Virus record (IMG/VR): IMGVR_UViG_3300045988_034723
Span: 1 to 15,715 of that record
Reading direction: 5' to 3' (one strand)
Origin: a virus
Length of the DNA stretch: 15,715 bases
Positions 12,727 through 15,715 of the stretch are shown in pieces (position 1 is the first letter of the stretch; each line of letters begins with the position of its first letter). A program made the translations under genes and the position numbers. The notes below the pieces were generated by a model. The model ran no database searches. It was not told where the DNA came from and saw only the letters and a list, made by a program, of their open reading frames with translations.

Positions 12727-15407
12727 CTACTACAAATTTTAAAAGCATACCATTGCTTAGACAGTGGTGCATGTTGACATTGCCAACCGTGTTTAATGAC
12801 GCATTAAGCTATAATGAACAGGTGTGCAAGCTGACACAGGCAATCAACGAAATGGCTACCACAATTAACGGTTTACCAGACTACATCATTGAGTTAGTCA
12901 AGGAACTGTTAGACCAGATGAACTTGGAAGAGATTGTAAAACAGGTACTTGCTGATTACTTTTTCATCAACGTTAAGAATCCTCCTGCGCTGTTAGTTGC
13001 GGCAAAAGGTGATGGAATTGCCAATGATACTGCCGCTATACAGGCAATGATTAACTATGTCAGCGGTAAGAAAAACTACCTGTTCTTTCCGGCTGGGATT
13101 TATTCTGTGAACGAGTTAACAATGGTACCCAATGTTAGCTTGGTGGGGCAGGATAGATTCCAGGCAATCATAAATCTGGAAGCTGGTAGCAACACCGACC
13201 TGCTTACAGGAGAGATGGGAAACTGCACGATTAGCAACTTGACCTTGAGTGCTAACATGCCTGGGCAGACTCAGAACTGTAGCGTTTACAACGGCAACGT
13301 GACAAGTATGCTGTTCGATAATGTTATATTTAAGAATGGATTCAATGTTCTTAGTCTGGATATTGATGGACTGGTTCAGATGAGTAGTGTTGTTGTGGAT
13401 GGTGCACAGGGCAACGGTGTCATGATTGGTGGCTCAAGATGTAGTGTGGATAACATTGATTTTATCAACACTAGCGCACTTAATAACGAGACACTGTTAA
13501 CTGTCTCAGGTGCCAACCACGTGATTCAGAACGTTACTTGCTACACGGCTATTAAAAACGGTGTGACTGTTAACGGCAATAACAATGTGGTAAAAGGAGT
13601 GATACTCAATGCTATTACTCCAGTCACTAATACTGGAACTAATAACAGAATTGAGATTGTTACTACGAACAATAACATCGAGATTCAGAACGGAACCTCA
13701 AAGACTGTTTCCGGGCCTTACGAGATATCGGCTTCTAGTTCAACCGAATTGATTGCTGGAGATAAGGACATTACTGCAAATAATGTGGAAATAAGTGCTA
13801 CTGGAAATCTGAATGTACATGGGGCTACTGCGGATGTCGCGGCTACGAACGGGGTGACGATTGCTGGAACAGATATTGCATTAAACCCCACAAATCCTTT
13901 ACGGTATAAGACACCAACCCCAATTAATAACAGATTAAGTTATGTTCCTTTTAAAGACGCAAATTCTGTATATCAGGTGTTGGTGGGTAGTAATGACCTG
14001 ACAAATGCAATGATGTACTACCCAGCAGAAAATACGGATATAACAACAGAACTTAATCAGTTGCTTACACAAAGAGATGTTGTTATTGCCCCCGGAACTT
14101 ACATTATTAGTTCGAGAATTTTAATACCAATCAATCGTATGTTAATTGGAAATAATACGATACTTACTACCTCTAGTACGTATACAGATGCATATATGGT
14201 CCAGATTGGGGCTAATACACCTCCGGCGGCTGACAGTGACGCTACTTATCAGAAATCGAAAACTGGTATGTTCGGAGTTAATCTTAATTGTAACTTAAAA
14301 TGTAGTGGAATTTTGGTTATGACAAGAGGGGCGGAAATTCACTACTCTAAAATCACTCTTCCTATTATTACAGGGTGCGGTATAGATATATTCCCGTATG
14401 GAGTTGAACCACCTATATCCGCTGATTGCTACGTAAATTACGTGGAAGTTGTAAACAATGATAAAGGAAATGCTGAACCTAATCCTGCAACTGTATTTGC
14501 ATACGGCATTAGAACAAACGGAAGTGATAACTATATCTATGGATTTAGAACTTTCGGTAGTAAGGTTGGTATATGGTGTAGCGCATACTCTGGAGGAACA
14601 ACTATTACAGATAGCCATGTTTTATGTTGCAGTTCGGCTGATAGTGCGTGGACTGGTAGCATAGGCTATGATTGCTCTTTAAGCAATAGCATTACTTTGA
14701 CGGATTGCTATGCAGACAACTTTAACACGGGTTGTATTTTGTACTTGAATAGTTGTATTACAAATTTCTTCTACTATTGCTGGGAAACCACAAGCGATAC
14801 AACAAGAACTGCTATAAAGGTGTTAAACACAAACAACTCAATCTGTGGGCTAGTAAGTTTCAGTCCAAAAACTATAATGCTGGACGTTGCAAAGGAATAT
14901 CCGTTTCAGAGTACAAACCTTATTAGCGTGGGACAATTCCCGTATCATGACACATTTATTCCAGATGATGATATGTGGAAAATGATTCTTAGAAATTGCT
15001 ACAGCTACTTTGTGGTTCCCACTACAACTACGTTTGTGTTTGGCGGCATTAACGGATATGGTGCTCTTGCACCTAATATATTCAACTTACATGCTGATAA
15101 AGTAAATCTTACTGGATTTAGTATAGGCACTACTGAGGTAAAATGGGGTGAGTGTGACTACAATGGGGCTATCGCAACTATTTACAACAAACCGGGTACT
15201 AATATTAGATATGTTACCTTGGAATTACCTGGTTACACAATAACTCCAAACGAAGCGTTTATTGTAAGTACTCCGGCACCTATTGCACATTTAATTATGC
15301 CTAGAGAGATTAGTAACTTAAGTGTAGCTGGTTGGACAAATGAGGGTAGCCATACGTATACGGTTCCTGCGACGGTTACTAGTGTTGAAAATGAGGAGGT
15401 ATTATAA
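12702..15407 (+). CDS. Tailspike / pre-neck appendage (phi29 gp12 analogue) with pectate-lyase-type right-handed beta-helix module(s)
   Basis: N-terminal anchor motif PTVFNDALSYNEQVCKL, then AAKGDGIANDTAAIQAMINYV...FFPAGIYSV (pectate_lyase_3-like). A second beta-helix-like entry motif is VVIAPGTYIISSRILIPINRMLIGNN. The start is ambiguous: ATG 12702 has no SD, TTG 12723 has SD AGGGGG 9 nt upstream and a TTGA overlap with the collar stop, and ATG 12771 is a third option. Confidence 0.8.
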   Translation: MDRGLSILTTTNFKSIPLLRQWCMLTLPTVFNDALSYNEQVCKLTQAINEMATTINGLPDYIIELVKELLDQMNLEEIVKQVLADYFFINVKNPPALLVAAKGDGIANDTAAIQAMINYVSGKKNYLFFPAGIYSVNELTMVPNVSLVGQDRFQAIINLEAGSNTDLLTGEMGNCTISNLTLSANMPGQTQNCSVYNGNVTSMLFDNVIFKNGFNVLSLDIDGLVQMSSVVVDGAQGNGVMIGGSRCSVDNIDFINTSALNNETLLTVSGANHVIQNVTCYTAIKNGVTVNGNNNVVKGVILNAITPVTNTGTNNRIEIVTTNNNIEIQNGTSKTVSGPYEISASSSTELIAGDKDITANNVEISATGNLNVHGATADVAATNGVTIAGTDIALNPTNPLRYKTPTPINNRLSYVPFKDANSVYQVLVGSNDLTNAMMYYPAENTDITTELNQLLTQRDVVIAPGTYIISSRILIPINRMLIGNNTILTTSSTYTDAYMVQIGANTPPAADSDATYQKSKTGMFGVNLNCNLKCSGILVMTRGAEIHYSKITLPIITGCGIDIFPYGVEPPISADCYVNYVEVVNNDKGNAEPNPATVFAYGIRTNGSDNYIYGFRTFGSKVGIWCSAYSGGTTITDSHVLCCSSADSAWTGSIGYDCSLSNSITLTDCYADNFNTGCILYLNSCITNFFYYCWETTSDTTRTAIKVLNTNNSICGLVSFSPKTIMLDVAKEYPFQSTNLISVGQFPYHDTFIPDDDMWKMILRNCYSYFVVPTTTTFVFGGINGYGALAPNIFNLHADKVNLTGFSIGTTEVKWGECDYNGAIATIYNKPGTNIRYVTLELPGYTITPNEAFIVSTPAPIAHLIMPREISNLSVAGWTNEGSHTYTVPATVTSVENEEVL

Positions 15408-15577
15408 TGGATATGTATGATAACTATAGGTTGATTGAGGCCGCTAAAGTTAGAAGTGTAGAAAGGATAGAGAACGGTATTCAGTTAACACCTGAGGATG
15501 TGGTGGTGAAGATTGAGAGGAATAACGGGACTGAGGATTACTATGCTGGATTTAGTGATTATCACGGACCTAGGTAA
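15407..15577 (+). CDS. 56-aa hypothetical protein, translationally coupled to the tailspike gene, below the ORF-track threshold
   Basis: SD GAGGAGG lies 7 nt upstream of ATG 15407, which overlaps the tailspike stop (TAATG). Translation: MDMYDNYRLIEAAKVRSVERIENGIQLTPEDVVVKIERNNGTEDYYAGFSDYHGPR. Confidence 0.5.
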   Translation: MDMYDNYRLIEAAKVRSVERIENGIQLTPEDVVVKIERNNGTEDYYAGFSDYHGPR

Positions 15578-15584
15578 ATAAGTT

Positions 15585-15613
15585 AAAGGAGGGCGGTTGC
15601 TCTCCTTTTTCTT
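15585..15613 (+). terminator. Intrinsic terminator of the late operon
   Basis: Stem GGAGGGC (15588-15594) / GCTCTCC (15599-15605) with loop GGTT, flanked by AAA and TTTTTCTTT. Confidence 0.75.
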
Positions 15614-15624
15614 TAAGATAAATG

Positions 15625-15665
15625 TTATCTCGATAACTTTTGGACGATGAACGAGTTAAGGTTAA
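15625..15665. repeat. Right-end counterpart of the subterminal motifs: near-palindrome TTATCTCGATAA (15625-15636) and GTTAAGGTTAA (15655-15665, complement of TTAACCTTAAC)
   Basis: Direct comparison of the reverse-complemented right end with the left end. Confidence 0.85.
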
Positions 15666-15691
15666 ACTGGTCGTTGGGGGAAAATGGTGAC

Positions 15692-15715
15692 GGCGAAAAA
15701 AAATTAAAGGGGCAA
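15692..15715. repeat. Right inverted terminal repeat (perfect 24-bp core; degenerate similarity extends inward to about nt 15606)
   Basis: GGCGAAAAAAAATTAAAGGGGCAA is the reverse complement of nt 1-24. Subterminal blocks at 15655-15665 and 15622-15646 mirror left-end blocks at 49-59 and 67-92. Confidence 0.95.

Noticed and set aside
14295-14664. 107-aa minus and 68-aa plus ORFs inside the tailspike gene
   Set aside because: These are shadow ORFs in an AT-rich stretch with no translation signals.
15641-15670. Outward-facing promoter-like TTGGAC-17-TAAACT near the right terminus
   Set aside because: The match is weak, and it would transcribe only about 45 nt off the genome end. It is more likely a by-product of the conserved ITR blocks.
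1-15715. Search for a lysogeny module, tRNAs, a CRISPR array, IS elements, Spo0A boxes (TGTCGAA) or a parS-like site, as used by phi29
   Set aside because: No integrase-, repressor- or transposase-like ORF was found. There is no cloverleaf-like or spaced-repeat structure. Only partial 0A-box-like strings occur, and those lie inside coding regions. TGTTCACAATT at 220-229 is too far from the parS consensus.

Overview
The window looks like a complete linear genome (15,715 bp) of a very small phi29-like, protein-primed podophage of a Gram-positive (Bacillota-type) host. The basis for that call is the Shine-Dalgarno (SD, ribosome-binding) sites, the sigmaA-type promoters, a BhlA-like holin and a GH25 lysin. 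The two ends are exact 24-bp inverted terminal repeats, and weaker similarity continues for about 110 bp at each end.

I infer three transcription units:
1. A left 'early/replication' operon on the + strand, driven by two tandem near-consensus promoters. It encodes two orphan small proteins, a p6-like dsDNA-binding protein, a p5-like SSB, a 26-aa membrane peptide, the terminal protein, a family-B protein-primed DNA polymerase and a Zn-ribbon miniprotein.
2. A single inverted gene on the - strand for the gp16-like DNA-encapsidation ATPase.
3. A long + strand lysis/morphogenesis operon: holin, GH25 endolysin, NlpC/P60 + tail-lysozyme lysin, scaffold, major capsid with a Big_2 domain, gp9-like tail knob, portal, lower collar, a 901-aa beta-helix tailspike and a 56-aa terminal ORF.

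No tRNA, CRISPR array, integrase or repressor module is visible.

The most interesting unexplained signal is a structured 167-nt non-coding gap abutting the ATPase gene. It folds by eye into a three-way junction with mutually complementary loops, which makes it a candidate packaging RNA (pRNA) at a non-canonical locus. Other points:
- conserved subterminal palindrome/repeat architecture in the ITRs
- back-to-back consensus promoters with no p4-type switch
- unannotated miniproteins
- a tailspike with two tandem beta-helix modules

All homology statements rest on motif recognition by eye and remembered phi29-family sequences. No database search was run.
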